A stretch of DNA of 37,560 nt from a virus (taxonomy: Duplodnaviria > Caudoviricetes). Under the pieces are notes generated by a model, which saw only the letters and a program-made list of their open reading frames with translations, searched no databases and was not told the DNA's origin. The DNA lies in IMG/VR virus record IMGVR_UViG_3300022562_000053, positions 1 through 37,560 of that record. One strand, given 5' to 3'. A program made the position numbers and the translations under genes. Below, in pieces: positions 9,260-19,612 of the stretch. Within the stretch, counting starts at the first letter, position 1. Every line of letters starts with the position of its first letter.

Positions 9260-9795
9260 TATGAAATCCTTTCAAGAAGGGCACGGGCAAGAACCCTCTG
9301 AGTCCGCCTCCACCAACCAAGAAGAAACACAGCCTGTGACGGTGATCTCTTTACAAGGTTTGACAGAAACTGAACTCGTGCATCTACTATTGCTAGGAGC
9401 TTTGGAGTATCACCGTCAGCGACAACGGCTTGGGCTACCGATAACGTATGGGGACCTACTTTACCGTCTGCTGAGACGCCAATTCCCTGCTGCATCCACC
9501 GGACTCCCCGACTGACACCGCTGTTGACGGCGGCATCAAAGACGAGATAAGAGATAGGCCATGGCAGCTTATCACAACCAGAGGCATTCCAATACTCTTC
9601 TTGATAGAGTTCGTAGGCTTCGTCCTTGGTGATGTTACCGACTGGTTGTCGAGGACGTCCCTTCTTGTTACGCCAGCCGTCATAAGTTGCTTGGGTGACA
9701 CCATACATCGTGGCACCTCCACGGTCAGAAGGATGGTTAGAGAAACCACCCTCCTCTTCTAAGAGCCAGTCAAGGCTTTGAGTTAGATAATCCAT
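9259..9795 (-). CDS. Endolysin, glycoside hydrolase family 108 with peptidoglycan-binding domain
   Basis: EGGFSNHPSDRGGATMYGVT, FDAAVNSG, ADGKVGPHT, GWWRR. TAATG coupling gives ATG at 9795. Confidence 0.92.
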   Translation of the reverse strand: MDYLTQSLDWLLEEEGGFSNHPSDRGGATMYGVTQATYDGWRNKKGRPRQPVGNITKDEAYELYQEEYWNASGCDKLPWPISYLVFDAAVNSGVSRGVRWMQQGIGVSADGKVGPHTLSVAQAVVADGDTPKLLAIVDARVQFLSNLVKRSPSQAVFLLGWWRRTQRVLARALLERIS

Positions 9796-10055
9796 TACGT
9801 TTTCACCCATTGTACGACGGCGACAATCATGCCGATGATACCAGAACCCATAAGGGCGGAGGCGAGCCAGAACGCCCCCACACCCTTGTTCTTGATTTCA
9901 AGCAATGAGTCTAGCTTGACACCGAGACTCTGATTCTCCGAGCGTGTCTGATCGATATGCTCTTTAGTCATAGACTTCAAGGCTGACACCTCTACCTCTA
10001 AGACCGTGAGTCGTTGTCTCATATCATCCATTTCATTCACTTGTATCTCCGTCAT
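9795..10055 (-). CDS. Small coiled-coil protein with C-terminal transmembrane helix (lysis-cassette associated)
   Basis: N-terminal heptads, hydrophobic GVGAFWLASALMGSGIIGMIVAVVQW. Confidence 0.7.
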   Translation of the reverse strand: MTEIQVNEMDDMRQRLTVLEVEVSALKSMTKEHIDQTRSENQSLGVKLDSLLEIKNKGVGAFWLASALMGSGIIGMIVAVVQWVKT

Positions 10056-13000
10056 TTATTTAGTACGTTGTCTTCGAAGTACACCTTGGTATCTTTGTAG
10101 GCATCAGAATGAGACTTCTTCAGGATATCAATCTTTTCTTGATCTGTACCCATGACGTAGTCTTTGGTATTCATATCTTCAGTCATGTACTGATGCTGAT
10201 ACTCGCCCATAATCTTCTGCCACTCATCTACCTGCTCTGGCGTTAGGTGATATTTTACTCCATCAGAGGTTACAGTCTTAGGAGCTGGCGCTACACCTTC
10301 GAAGTTGTTAGGACCGTCGATAAGACGATTAACCTCGATGACGGTAGGATCAGTCTCTGGCCCGCCCTTCCTAAGAAGCTTTTGCATGTCACGACCGTAG
10401 GCGTCATATCCCATATCGATATGATAGGTCTGAAGACCAAAACCGAACAGGCCCCCACCAGCCATGAGAACGCTAGTTCCTGTAACTCCCTTGTCTTTGT
10501 ACAAGTCCCAAAAGTCTTGTCCTACCATTGGAGCAACCAACTCTGCAATCCTCTTAGGATCACGGATGTCATAAGGCTGACCGACAGGGTCTTTACCAAT
10601 CCTCTCGTTCAAGACAGCACCCGGAACAGGAGCCAGCTTGTTACGACTGAACTTGGCGATGACGTCTACTAGGTTGTCAGTGCCATAGCCTTTACCAAGT
10701 TCCTTGACAACACCTTTGGCATTCTTGGTACTGTTAGAAAGGATACGACTGTAGAGAGTAATGAACTGTCCGAAACCACCAAGGATATCCTCACGGGTAT
10801 CGCCGACCTTGATCTTACCGAAGTCGGAAGACCTAGGATCGGTTTCGACGTCTGCACCTGCCGTCTTAGCAAGATAGAGAGTACCAGCAGCCAGAGAAGC
10901 AGTCTTTACTAGGTTCTCTAGGGCATGTCTACGGACGACCTTATCCATCTTATAATACTCGTATGGATTAAGCATACGGACACGAGAGGCAATCAGCCGA
11001 GGCGACCACAACACTGTGGAAAGCCTAGGAGCAGCCTGAGTGAATGATCCGAGATCGCCCCTTCCGGTGGCGTTGTTGACGTACTTTGTGATGCCTTTCA
11101 TAAGGACAGGGTCTTTTCGAGGATCGATACCAGCCTTCTCGTACCTAGCAACCAAGTCGTTGAAGACATCAAAACGAAGCTTATTGAGAAAGCCGACATA
11201 AGCTTGTTCAGAACCTTTCACTACCTTCCCTATACCCGGCACCTTCTGAGGAAGGTTAGACAGGAACGCCTCCTCTCTGTTAGAGAGGTTGGAGTTGTCA
11301 CTCACATCCGTAATCTCAAGTCCGTACCTTTCGGCGTACTTGCAATCAGGATGATTCTCTATAGCCCTATAGGCGTTGTCATAATGCTCCTTAGAGAAGG
11401 CGAACTTAATCATAGGCCACAACGACTTATAGAAGTTCTTGTTGCCTGCAAAGAAGAGGCCTTGCCTGAACGGAGCCGACAAGTCGGTACTAGAGAGAAG
11501 AGTCCTAGGGATGTTGTAGATATTGACTAGGGCATCGATAGCCTTAGACGCCGCAGGCTGTCCTGCCTTACTCAGTCTTGTAGCCAAGTTATGAAGCTTG
11601 GTTGTGTCGTTGAGATCGGCGTCAGACAGATTCCTAATCATGTTGCGATAGGCTACTGGCAAAGCCTTGTCCGAACCTACCTCAATCTTGGAGGCATTCA
11701 TGATCCGGGCTGCGTTAGACTTTACCTCGTCTATCGAGTTCATGATATTACGAAGACGTCGGATTTCATTAGAGAGTACACCCTCTTCCTTAGGAGAAAG
11801 AGTCTGATCGACAGCCTTACGAGACAGGTCATGGATTAGGTTGGCCGAACGGACGGCATACTGTTGGGCGGCAATCAGCTCATGAGGCTCTGCCCCAGTT
11901 GCTAGATTTTGTGCCACCTTTCCGACGTTCTTGAGGGAACCGGCGTCATCAATCCATTGACTCCAAGACTGTCGAGTCTTCTCAGGAGTTACCTCATCCA
12001 TCACATCCTTGAGGTTGCGATCAGAGGTATAGTTGGCGATTACAGAACGAGGCGTATCCTTAGTCCTGTCGTCGGCATTGACATGTCCTTGACGAGTGCC
12101 TTCACCGTCACGAAGAGAGCGACGACGCATGTACTTATACTTACCCTCAGAAGTCAATGCAGACTTGATCTGGTTAGGACTGTCGAGTACAACCCAAGTA
12201 TCGTTGATGTCGTCGTGTTTGATACGGACTCCGTCATAACCCTGAGAACGCAACTCATCGAAGAGTTTACCCTCACCGACAGAATACCTCTCACCACCTC
12301 TCTTGTAAGTCTCCTGAGCCATCTCGGTACCAGTATAAACTTTCGGGTTCTTGATATCGAGGTAGACAGGAGCAACTCTAGAGGCAGTGTTAGTACGTTC
12401 TTGGTTCCAAGGATTTCCCGGAGTAGGGGCATTCCTGAAGCCTTGACTATCGTTCTGTTCGGCATACGACGAAGCCAGTCTAGGATCAGAAGTAAACCAA
12501 GACCCACGACGCTTGACATTGAACTTAGAAAAGCCTTTGTCTTTCGACGTACCGTGATAAAGAACACGAGGATTTCCCTCGTCGTCTACTACCTTGGTGT
12601 CAGGCATTTCCTTCTTGACTTCGACTGAACGACGCATATATCGAGAGCCACGAGAAGGATACTCAGGACCAAAGACGGGATCGATCACGAGTTTACCAGT
12701 CTTTAGGTCATGACGAGTAATTTCGACCTGACCCTTGAAGTCGGCCTCAGTCAACGCCTTCTCGATCCTATCCTTAGGCACACCCAGAAGCTCGGCAGTA
12801 GCCTGTACCGCCGGGTCCTCCTTCGTGTTTACCTCTCCAAGACTTTGAGAAATCGGATGATTCTGTTCTTGCCATGTATGATGGATATAAGAATCAGGAG
12901 GAGCCAGCTTGTCTTGAGACGAGTAAGGCCTTGTGTTAGACCTTTCAAGATCAGTCATGTTCTGGCGGGCTTGGACGTCTCGGGCTTCGACTTCTCCGAA

Positions 13001-15586
13001 GAGGCTGTCATATGCCTGACGATCCATATCTACACCCTGACGATGGCGTCGGATAGCCCTGATGTAGTCGTCACGACTGCCACCAAGATCGATAAGCTCC
13101 TTATCATTCTGGATATCCTTATAGGCCTGAACCAAAGCTTCCTCCTTGTTGGAGAGAACTCTTTCGATATCGGCATTTTCTATAAGATCAATCTGCAAGC
13201 CATAGTAGGCATTCTTTCTCTCGAAAGACATATCGGCAGGCTTCTCTTCCAGTCCGATTGCTTTACGCCAGTCGTCGAGACTCTTGTAATACCTATCTCT
13301 CAGGGCGTTATCTTTCGCCATGATATTCTTATAGATAGGGACATGGATAGGGTCTTGACCTTTGCTTTCTAGATCAGCACGAAGCTGACTACGAACCTTA
13401 CCACTAGCCCGAAGGTTTTGATACTCAGCCCTAGCCTTTTCGGCTTCAGGTAGATAGGCCGCTTCCTTGATGGCATCAAGCTCTTGGGCATGTTTCTCGA
13501 ACTGAGCTTTATCCCACTCATGGATATTATCTAGAGTAGACATAAGATGCTTCTCAGATGCAACCTTAAGAGCCATAGGACGACCTAGGTAATCGGTAGG
13601 AGAACCACCACGAGACCAATTCTCACGCTCTTGTATGGCGTGTTGGATTTCATGCAAAAGAGTGGAATGAGAAGTACGAGACATATACTTCGACCGAGGA
13701 CGAGTCAGAGTAATGATATCGTCTACAGGGTTATAACTTCCTCCCTGACTCCTGTTATCATCCATCTTGACAGGTACGTCTCTAAGACCCGGATAGGCAT
13801 CATACAGCTCTGGGTGGTCTAAGAGATCACCCAAAGGCACTGTCGGACTACCATGATTTGCGTAAGGGTCTTTCGGATCACTACTGGAGTGTAGTTTCTT
13901 ATAGACGTCACTATCTAGGGTACTATTCCTGTCGTTGATCTCAAACCTGTAGTTTCCGTCAGGACCTTGGAACCAGTTTTCTTCGGGCTGGTCATCGGCT
14001 GTCTTAGCTTTCCGACCTGCATACATATAACGAGGCAATCCCCGAAGCGAGAGCTTGGGGTTGCCGTCTGTGACGTAGTTATGAGTCTGAGACATGATAG
14101 ACTTCAACTCACCCGGAGAATATTCCAACTGAAGACCCATCTCACGTCCATACCCTTTGAAGAAGTCACGGACTTTGCTAAGGATAGGAGAAGGTATTTT
14201 ACCCTTCTCTGACATCTCGGCAAGGACTTCTTCGGCATGGGCTGCGATTTGGTTGGGTTCGTTGGCATACACGTCGGGAGCGGCCTTTATAGACCTGTCT
14301 ACTTCACGCTTCATCCACGGCGAATAGTCATACAATCCCTGCAAGAAGTCGTCTAGGCCTTTACCAAACCTCTCCGACAGGCCGTAGTGGCCAAGAGACT
14401 CATGGTAGGTTGCGGCAGTGACGACGTCATCGACGGAGACACCATCCTCGGCAGCCTTTTCGGCGGCAGCCTTCATGTTGATGTCTACGGTGTTGTCGGG
14501 TTGAGTGACTGCGACGGCGTCGGGATCGATTCCCGTCTTAGACAACTTTCCGAAGTCTTCATGGACACGAATGGTAGGAGGATTAGACCAATCCTTCGTG
14601 ACGGCATTGATACGGTCCACACCTTTTTGCACAACCTCAGGAGTCTTTCCTGATGCAGATGCAGGTTCGGCCTTCTGAAAGACATGGTCCGACATCTTAC
14701 CAAAATCAAGCGACTGCTGCTGAGGGGGAGTATCAAGAGGAAGTTCCCTCTGACGCATGTCAGGAATCTGAGGCTCCGGCTGAGACTGGAAGGCGTTGGC
14801 CTCCTTCATCAAGGCTTCGTCAGGAGTCGGCTGGTTTAGAGGAAGATTTTGCTGTTCCTCCAACGGCAATTCCTGTTGCTTGTATGTGATCTGGTCAGCG
14901 ATGGGAGCGCCAGCATCACGAGACTTTACGAAGTCTTCTACCTTCTTAGGATCAAGAGTAAAGCCGTTGTCATGGGCATACCTCATGATATCTTCGGCAG
15001 TTCCGTTATGGTAGACTTGGGTATAACCCGCCTCTGCCTCTGGGGACAGACGAGTCGGTTGTACCTCGGGATTACCTGCAAACCTCTTAGGACCTGTATA
15101 GACCATACCAGCCTCGGCCCCTCCGAGAGGGAATGCCAAGGCAGCCCCCTCTAAGGGGGTACCACGTATGGCTTCATTTTGAAGCCCAAGCAGCCGAGAA
15201 GCTGTGTTAAGACCAAGACGGACTTCAGAAGTCATAGGAACCCAGTCAGGGATGGCGTCAGGGGCTGTAGCAGCCTTCTTGACATTATCCCACCAAGAGG
15301 CGTCACGACCACTAAGAGGTTCACCCAAGTCTGTTCCTGCGGCTGAGTCAGAAATGGCAGTCTTAATAGGATGTGCGTTAGGATTCTTGGCATCAGGATT
15401 GATGAAGGCACCCGGATTAAGAGGGTCTTCATAGATTCGTGTATCTTCGTACTTTGCCTTCGGATCGAAGACAGGTACGTCTTTAGGCTTCTCAGACTGA
15501 GCCTGAGGCTGACTCATAGACGAGCCTTCGGACTTTGGGGTATAGTCCTCGAAAGGAGCATTAGGATTAAACGTCGGAGTAGCCAT
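10052..15586 (-). CDS. Large ejection / polyvalent virion protein (zincin-like HE motifs, LPD23-like region, ADP-ribosyltransferase-like domain)
   Basis: 1844 aa, last gene of the ejection block. HESLGH; RFEIND...LDHPELYDAYP...HEIQHAIQ..E...GGS; LYHGT...WFTSDP..ASSYA...VYLDIKNP...GYDGV...NQIKSA. Confidence 0.8.
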   Translation of the reverse strand: MATPTFNPNAPFEDYTPKSEGSSMSQPQAQSEKPKDVPVFDPKAKYEDTRIYEDPLNPGAFINPDAKNPNAHPIKTAISDSAAGTDLGEPLSGRDASWWDNVKKAATAPDAIPDWVPMTSEVRLGLNTASRLLGLQNEAIRGTPLEGAALAFPLGGAEAGMVYTGPKRFAGNPEVQPTRLSPEAEAGYTQVYHNGTAEDIMRYAHDNGFTLDPKKVEDFVKSRDAGAPIADQITYKQQELPLEEQQNLPLNQPTPDEALMKEANAFQSQPEPQIPDMRQRELPLDTPPQQQSLDFGKMSDHVFQKAEPASASGKTPEVVQKGVDRINAVTKDWSNPPTIRVHEDFGKLSKTGIDPDAVAVTQPDNTVDINMKAAAEKAAEDGVSVDDVVTAATYHESLGHYGLSERFGKGLDDFLQGLYDYSPWMKREVDRSIKAAPDVYANEPNQIAAHAEEVLAEMSEKGKIPSPILSKVRDFFKGYGREMGLQLEYSPGELKSIMSQTHNYVTDGNPKLSLRGLPRYMYAGRKAKTADDQPEENWFQGPDGNYRFEINDRNSTLDSDVYKKLHSSSDPKDPYANHGSPTVPLGDLLDHPELYDAYPGLRDVPVKMDDNRSQGGSYNPVDDIITLTRPRSKYMSRTSHSTLLHEIQHAIQERENWSRGGSPTDYLGRPMALKVASEKHLMSTLDNIHEWDKAQFEKHAQELDAIKEAAYLPEAEKARAEYQNLRASGKVRSQLRADLESKGQDPIHVPIYKNIMAKDNALRDRYYKSLDDWRKAIGLEEKPADMSFERKNAYYGLQIDLIENADIERVLSNKEEALVQAYKDIQNDKELIDLGGSRDDYIRAIRRHRQGVDMDRQAYDSLFGEVEARDVQARQNMTDLERSNTRPYSSQDKLAPPDSYIHHTWQEQNHPISQSLGEVNTKEDPAVQATAELLGVPKDRIEKALTEADFKGQVEITRHDLKTGKLVIDPVFGPEYPSRGSRYMRRSVEVKKEMPDTKVVDDEGNPRVLYHGTSKDKGFSKFNVKRRGSWFTSDPRLASSYAEQNDSQGFRNAPTPGNPWNQERTNTASRVAPVYLDIKNPKVYTGTEMAQETYKRGGERYSVGEGKLFDELRSQGYDGVRIKHDDINDTWVVLDSPNQIKSALTSEGKYKYMRRRSLRDGEGTRQGHVNADDRTKDTPRSVIANYTSDRNLKDVMDEVTPEKTRQSWSQWIDDAGSLKNVGKVAQNLATGAEPHELIAAQQYAVRSANLIHDLSRKAVDQTLSPKEEGVLSNEIRRLRNIMNSIDEVKSNAARIMNASKIEVGSDKALPVAYRNMIRNLSDADLNDTTKLHNLATRLSKAGQPAASKAIDALVNIYNIPRTLLSSTDLSAPFRQGLFFAGNKNFYKSLWPMIKFAFSKEHYDNAYRAIENHPDCKYAERYGLEITDVSDNSNLSNREEAFLSNLPQKVPGIGKVVKGSEQAYVGFLNKLRFDVFNDLVARYEKAGIDPRKDPVLMKGITKYVNNATGRGDLGSFTQAAPRLSTVLWSPRLIASRVRMLNPYEYYKMDKVVRRHALENLVKTASLAAGTLYLAKTAGADVETDPRSSDFGKIKVGDTREDILGGFGQFITLYSRILSNSTKNAKGVVKELGKGYGTDNLVDVIAKFSRNKLAPVPGAVLNERIGKDPVGQPYDIRDPKRIAELVAPMVGQDFWDLYKDKGVTGTSVLMAGGGLFGFGLQTYHIDMGYDAYGRDMQKLLRKGGPETDPTVIEVNRLIDGPNNFEGVAPAPKTVTSDGVKYHLTPEQVDEWQKIMGEYQHQYMTEDMNTKDYVMGTDQEKIDILKKSHSDAYKDTKVYFEDNVLNK

Positions 15587-15594
15587 TAGTTACC

Positions 15595-16530
15595 TCATTG
15601 TGCTGGGCCGATATACTCGTGAGTATTGGCGTCAAACAGGTTATTGCCTTGTCGTACAATCTTGCGCTGAGTCGACTGTGACAGGGGATTGCCACTAGGA
15701 ATACTAGCAGGCGGCCTGCCAGAACCTCTGGTACGACCAGTCGATGTAAATTTGTTATAGAATGCCCTCTGTCCCGGGGTTCTCTGACTGTCAGGAATCT
15801 TATCAATCTGCTGGAAATACTCCAGCTCAGTCTGAGAACGCTTCTGCGGCTGTGACCTAGGCCTAGTCGCATTGATGTGAGAGTTGGCATCAGACCGCTG
15901 GTAATGGTCTTTCAGGTCGGCATAGTGCTGACCAGATTGATCCAGCCTTCGACTGGAGTTGGCAATCATGGCGTTATGGTAGTCTACCATACTCTTGTCC
16001 TGCTCCTGCTGACGCTGCAACTGAGCCTGTCTAAGCTGCTGCTGCTGGATAGAGGCATAGAGCTGATTAGCCATCGCTGGGTTGGCCTGAGCAAGACGCT
16101 CGACTGCTGCCAGAGGATCGACTGTGAAGCCAGAGAGGGCGTCACCAGCCTTTTCTTGGGCACGGGCAGGTGCATACATCGGGTTGTGACCAGACTGTAT
16201 CAAGAAGGCATCACCGAGAGTACCAAGTATGTTGCGGAGAGTCCCTTTCGTATGAAACAAACCCTGATGCTGTGGGGCATTATTCCCGGCGTCGATGTTC
16301 TCTTGGATTTGATCTCTGTTGTTTACACCCCTCAAGATATCAGTCGGAGGGATATAACCATTTCCAGAGTTTGCCGTCTGTTGGTCAGGGACCTGATTCC
16401 TGGCATTGACTACGATGGTGTTAGGGTCTACGTTAGCACCTTGAGGAATAACCCCCTGAGCGCCTTCTGCCCCTGCCGAGGAACCAGCCTGAGAGCCGAT
16501 GCCTAGAAGGTGTAGTAGATTGAAAGCCAT
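15595..16530 (-). CDS. Probable DNA ejection (internal virion) protein
   Basis: Gln/Ala/Gly-rich and helical, lies between the small ejection protein and the large one. Confidence 0.65.
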   Translation of the reverse strand: MAFNLLHLLGIGSQAGSSAGAEGAQGVIPQGANVDPNTIVVNARNQVPDQQTANSGNGYIPPTDILRGVNNRDQIQENIDAGNNAPQHQGLFHTKGTLRNILGTLGDAFLIQSGHNPMYAPARAQEKAGDALSGFTVDPLAAVERLAQANPAMANQLYASIQQQQLRQAQLQRQQEQDKSMVDYHNAMIANSSRRLDQSGQHYADLKDHYQRSDANSHINATRPRSQPQKRSQTELEYFQQIDKIPDSQRTPGQRAFYNKFTSTGRTRGSGRPPASIPSGNPLSQSTQRKIVRQGNNLFDANTHEYIGPAQ

Positions 16531-16539
16531 GTCTCCTCC

Positions 16540-17016
16540 TTAACCTGCCGCAATACCGGATGCTACGCTACCGATAAGACCGCCAATACCGGGTTTTGAC
16601 TTAGACGAACCAGACGACTGGGCAGTCTGTCCTGCCGCTGTCAGGGAATTACCTGCCGTGAACCCTAGCTGAGCCTGCTGTAGCAGTTTATCCATATAGT
16701 TGTTATAGAACTGGTTATTTAGGTTAGCGCCATAATTAGCCAAAGCCTTACCAGTCGAACCAGACCTCAAAAGTCCGGCTGCTGCTGCATTGCCTGTGAT
16801 CCCTCTAGAGCCTTGATCGGCTTGGAAGTCATACCCGGCGTTTTGTTTATAGGTGTCAAAGCCAGAGGTATCACCATTCAATAGGGCGTTATAGGCGTTG
16901 ATACCAGTCGCAGCATTCTTAAGAAGAGGGCTGAACGACGAGTTGATTGCGTCATATGCCCTATTAGACGAGCTAGACTGCTGCTTTTGTTTCGAGCCTC
17001 CGAAGATGCTACTCAT
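16540..17016 (-). CDS. Probable small DNA ejection protein (P22 gp7-like position)
   Basis: Gly/Ser/Ala-rich, AGYDFQ..QG....NAAAAGLLRSGSTGKAL pattern. Confidence 0.7.
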   Translation of the reverse strand: MSSIFGGSKQKQQSSSSNRAYDAINSSFSPLLKNAATGINAYNALLNGDTSGFDTYKQNAGYDFQADQGSRGITGNAAAAGLLRSGSTGKALANYGANLNNQFYNNYMDKLLQQAQLGFTAGNSLTAAGQTAQSSGSSKSKPGIGGLIGSVASGIAAG

Positions 17017-17420
17017 TTGTTATTCTCCCATTCTTCTTTAGAGATTAGAAATAACTCACACGGTCCTACCTTGGTGTGGATAATACCCTGTGATTTACAC
17101 CCTATCTTCTTGGCAAGCCACCTAGCACCTAGATGAGTGATTGGTGTCAAGCCTTGGATTAGTTTGACGTCGTAGTTCTCAAACAATTCCTTTAGATGAC
17201 TAGTGGCTGTCTCGATTGCGGCCTTACCTCTGTTATGATAGAAGTAATGACCATATACGGCACCGGGGTAGAAATGCTCGAACATCGAGACGTCTCCGTC
17301 TTTGTTTGTCAAGGCAATGTTCTGGTCATCTTTAAGCCATTCCTCTACGTCAAGACCTACGATTTCGTCGGCATACAACGAGGTGGCTTTTGTGACTATG
17401 TCTTTATCGAAAGTCCTCAT
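17013..17420 (-). CDS. GNAT-like virion assembly protein (P22 gp14-like position)
   Basis: GHYFY..RGKAA...GLTP..HLGARWLAKKIG. ATGA overlap with the tail fibre stop. Confidence 0.65.
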   Translation of the reverse strand: MRTFDKDIVTKATSLYADEIVGLDVEEWLKDDQNIALTNKDGDVSMFEHFYPGAVYGHYFYHNRGKAAIETATSHLKELFENYDVKLIQGLTPITHLGARWLAKKIGCKSQGIIHTKVGPCELFLISKEEWENNK

Positions 17421-18760
17421 ACCAGCTCCAAGGCTGCACACCCAAGACGCATCGTGGCTGCGTTAGGACTTACAGAGATTCCATAACCTGCGATGGTGTT
17501 GGTGAGATAGGCGGTAGCACTCTCAGAGTACATCACGTCAAAGTTCTTACCATCCATCGCTATCTCGAAGTACATCGTCCCCGAAGACTTTCTCAGACGA
17601 TAAGCAATAGGCTTTAACATTATTTCGAGAGAGCCTGTGATGTTAGCGTTTGACCCGGTGTCGTTGACGGTAGAGAAATAGTTTCTCCACATCACGGTGT
17701 TACGGAAACCAAACTGTAGCCTCTTCCCGGCATCGTCTTTGAGATGGATACCCATCCCCCAGTTCCCGTTATTCGGGGAAGCCAGATAGATGATCCCAGT
17801 AAGGGTGACGTCAGCGGTTGTTCCAGTGACGGCGATGTCAGCAGCCATGTGACAATAAGAACTAGTAGTAGCTGTCAGAGATACCCCTGTGGCGGCGTCA
17901 TCGATGGAATAGGCGGAAACACCAGACGCTGCATCGGCAGTGAAGTCAGTCGAAGCCGGTACTGTCCAGTTACCGCCATTGAAGTAGTCGTTACCACTAC
18001 CTCCACCACCACCACTCAAAGGGATAATTGTAAGATCGACTGTGTCGGCATTCCAGTTAGAGCCATTGACCTTGGCGGCAACCGTGAAGGTGTTTGACCC
18101 GGCGGTTAGACCAGACAGCTTAAATGCTCTTGCACCGGTAATAGCAAAGTAGGTACCGGTCCCCGATCCTGTAAAGGAGTAGGTATCAGATGCAGCCAAA
18201 GTAGTGGCGCCACTGACTTCTACAGCCAACCAGAGGTTGTACCCCGATCCGTGGGTGTTAGTGAAGTTTCTACAACTTATAACGACTAGGACTTCTGTCC
18301 CCGTCGTGGCGGTCACAGTAGGAGTATTCGTGAGAGTGGCATAACTCGTAGAAGTAATACCAGTCTGTCCAGCCCCGGTATCGCTATAGTAGGCTACTCC
18401 TGAGCCTCCTCCTCCGCCAGTGATGGCGACGTCAGTGACGGCAGTGATATGTCCTTGGGCATCGACCGTGAGTTGTGGAACATTCGTGGCGTCACCGTAT
18501 GTACCCGGAGTGACTGTAGAGTCGTCATGGTTGATGGTGATATCGGTAGATAGGTTGCCACCACCACCAAGGGCCGTACCGGCTGTGACAGTCCTTGCCG
18601 CCGCCCATGTATCAATCAACGTCTGGGCTTCTGCGGCAGAGATACCGTCAGAGATATCAATCTGTCGTTCTTGTGCCCATCGAATGAAATAGTCGGTAGG
18701 GTTTCCGTTGTCGTCAACGATGGCAAATTGCTTAGCCAGAGGCTGTAGTGTTCCTACCAT
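17417..18760 (-). CDS. Tail fibre / receptor-binding protein
   Basis: IVDDNGNPT N-terminus, TVTAGTALGGGG and VTPGTYG...VDAQGHIT fibre motifs, two poly-Gly-linked beta-rich domains. Confidence 0.8.
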   Translation of the reverse strand: MVGTLQPLAKQFAIVDDNGNPTDYFIRWAQERQIDISDGISAAEAQTLIDTWAAARTVTAGTALGGGGNLSTDITINHDDSTVTPGTYGDATNVPQLTVDAQGHITAVTDVAITGGGGGSGVAYYSDTGAGQTGITSTSYATLTNTPTVTATTGTEVLVVISCRNFTNTHGSGYNLWLAVEVSGATTLAASDTYSFTGSGTGTYFAITGARAFKLSGLTAGSNTFTVAAKVNGSNWNADTVDLTIIPLSGGGGGSGNDYFNGGNWTVPASTDFTADAASGVSAYSIDDAATGVSLTATTSSYCHMAADIAVTGTTADVTLTGIIYLASPNNGNWGMGIHLKDDAGKRLQFGFRNTVMWRNYFSTVNDTGSNANITGSLEIMLKPIAYRLRKSSGTMYFEIAMDGKNFDVMYSESATAYLTNTIAGYGISVSPNAATMRLGCAALELV

Positions 18761-18763
18761 TGT

Positions 18764-19603
18764 TTACTCCAAGTTTACATCAAGAGAGTCGATACGTGCG
18801 ACTGCTCCGTCATCAGTCAGCCGGAATAGACGTCCCGGGTACTTAATCAAACCAAGAGAATACCAAGTAATGTCTTGGTTATAGTCTCCGGTGATGGCGG
18901 TCTTGACGTCGTCTGCTACGACATAGCTGTTCCCGTTGTCATCAGAATAACTTAGGGATATAGTCATATCAGACTGGGCCGGACTGCCAGTGGAGGCAGT
19001 GAGATCGACAGAATAGACTGGTGAATGTTGACGACCTCTCTGTACCATCTGCCCTGTGGCGATTCTCTCGAAAGTGCCTGCGGGTTGGTCATCTTCTAGG
19101 TTGTCGTCAAGTCCGTATGTTGGGTCTAGCACCCAGAGGATTCCGGTGCTGTCATCTCCTACGACGACGTTAGAGCCATAGACACCACCGATAGAGCCAG
19201 ATGAACGCCAGTTCATCCCGATGGAGGCCCTCCAAGCACTCTGTCCAGCCGTATTAAAATAAGACCATTTACCAGTCTCTAGGTCGTAGACCAATGTTTT
19301 AAACTTAGTCCCAAGTTTCAGGACATAGAAGTCATGACCGTCTAGGGTATAATACCACGACCGGAGGGCTGGATTAGAGATTGTACCACGAACAACTGCA
19401 AGGGTATAGCTCTGAGTTGTCTGGATTTCTTGGGCAGTCCAACGATAGACGACATCGATAGAGGCAGCAGTAGACCTGATGTAGGGGGTCGGGATGTTAT
19501 AGACAGCCTGAACACCCCCACCAGATGCTTCAATAGTGCTGGCACTCTGCTGTACTGCTAGGGTATCACCCTGAGGTGCATTGATAGAAGCGGCAGCAAC
19601 CAT
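18764..19603 (-). CDS. P22 gp10-like tail hub protein, C-terminal half
   Basis: YTLDGHDFYVL...TLVYD...W...WRA...VGD..G.LW.LD...LSYSDDNG...WYSLG...RLFRLTD. Confidence 0.75.
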   Translation of the reverse strand: MVAAASINAPQGDTLAVQQSASTIEASGGGVQAVYNIPTPYIRSTAASIDVVYRWTAQEIQTTQSYTLAVVRGTISNPALRSWYYTLDGHDFYVLKLGTKFKTLVYDLETGKWSYFNTAGQSAWRASIGMNWRSSGSIGGVYGSNVVVGDDSTGILWVLDPTYGLDDNLEDDQPAGTFERIATGQMVQRGRQHSPVYSVDLTASTGSPAQSDMTISLSYSDDNGNSYVVADDVKTAITGDYNQDITWYSLGLIKYPGRLFRLTDDGAVARIDSLDVNLE

Positions 19604-19612
19604 TGTTTATCC

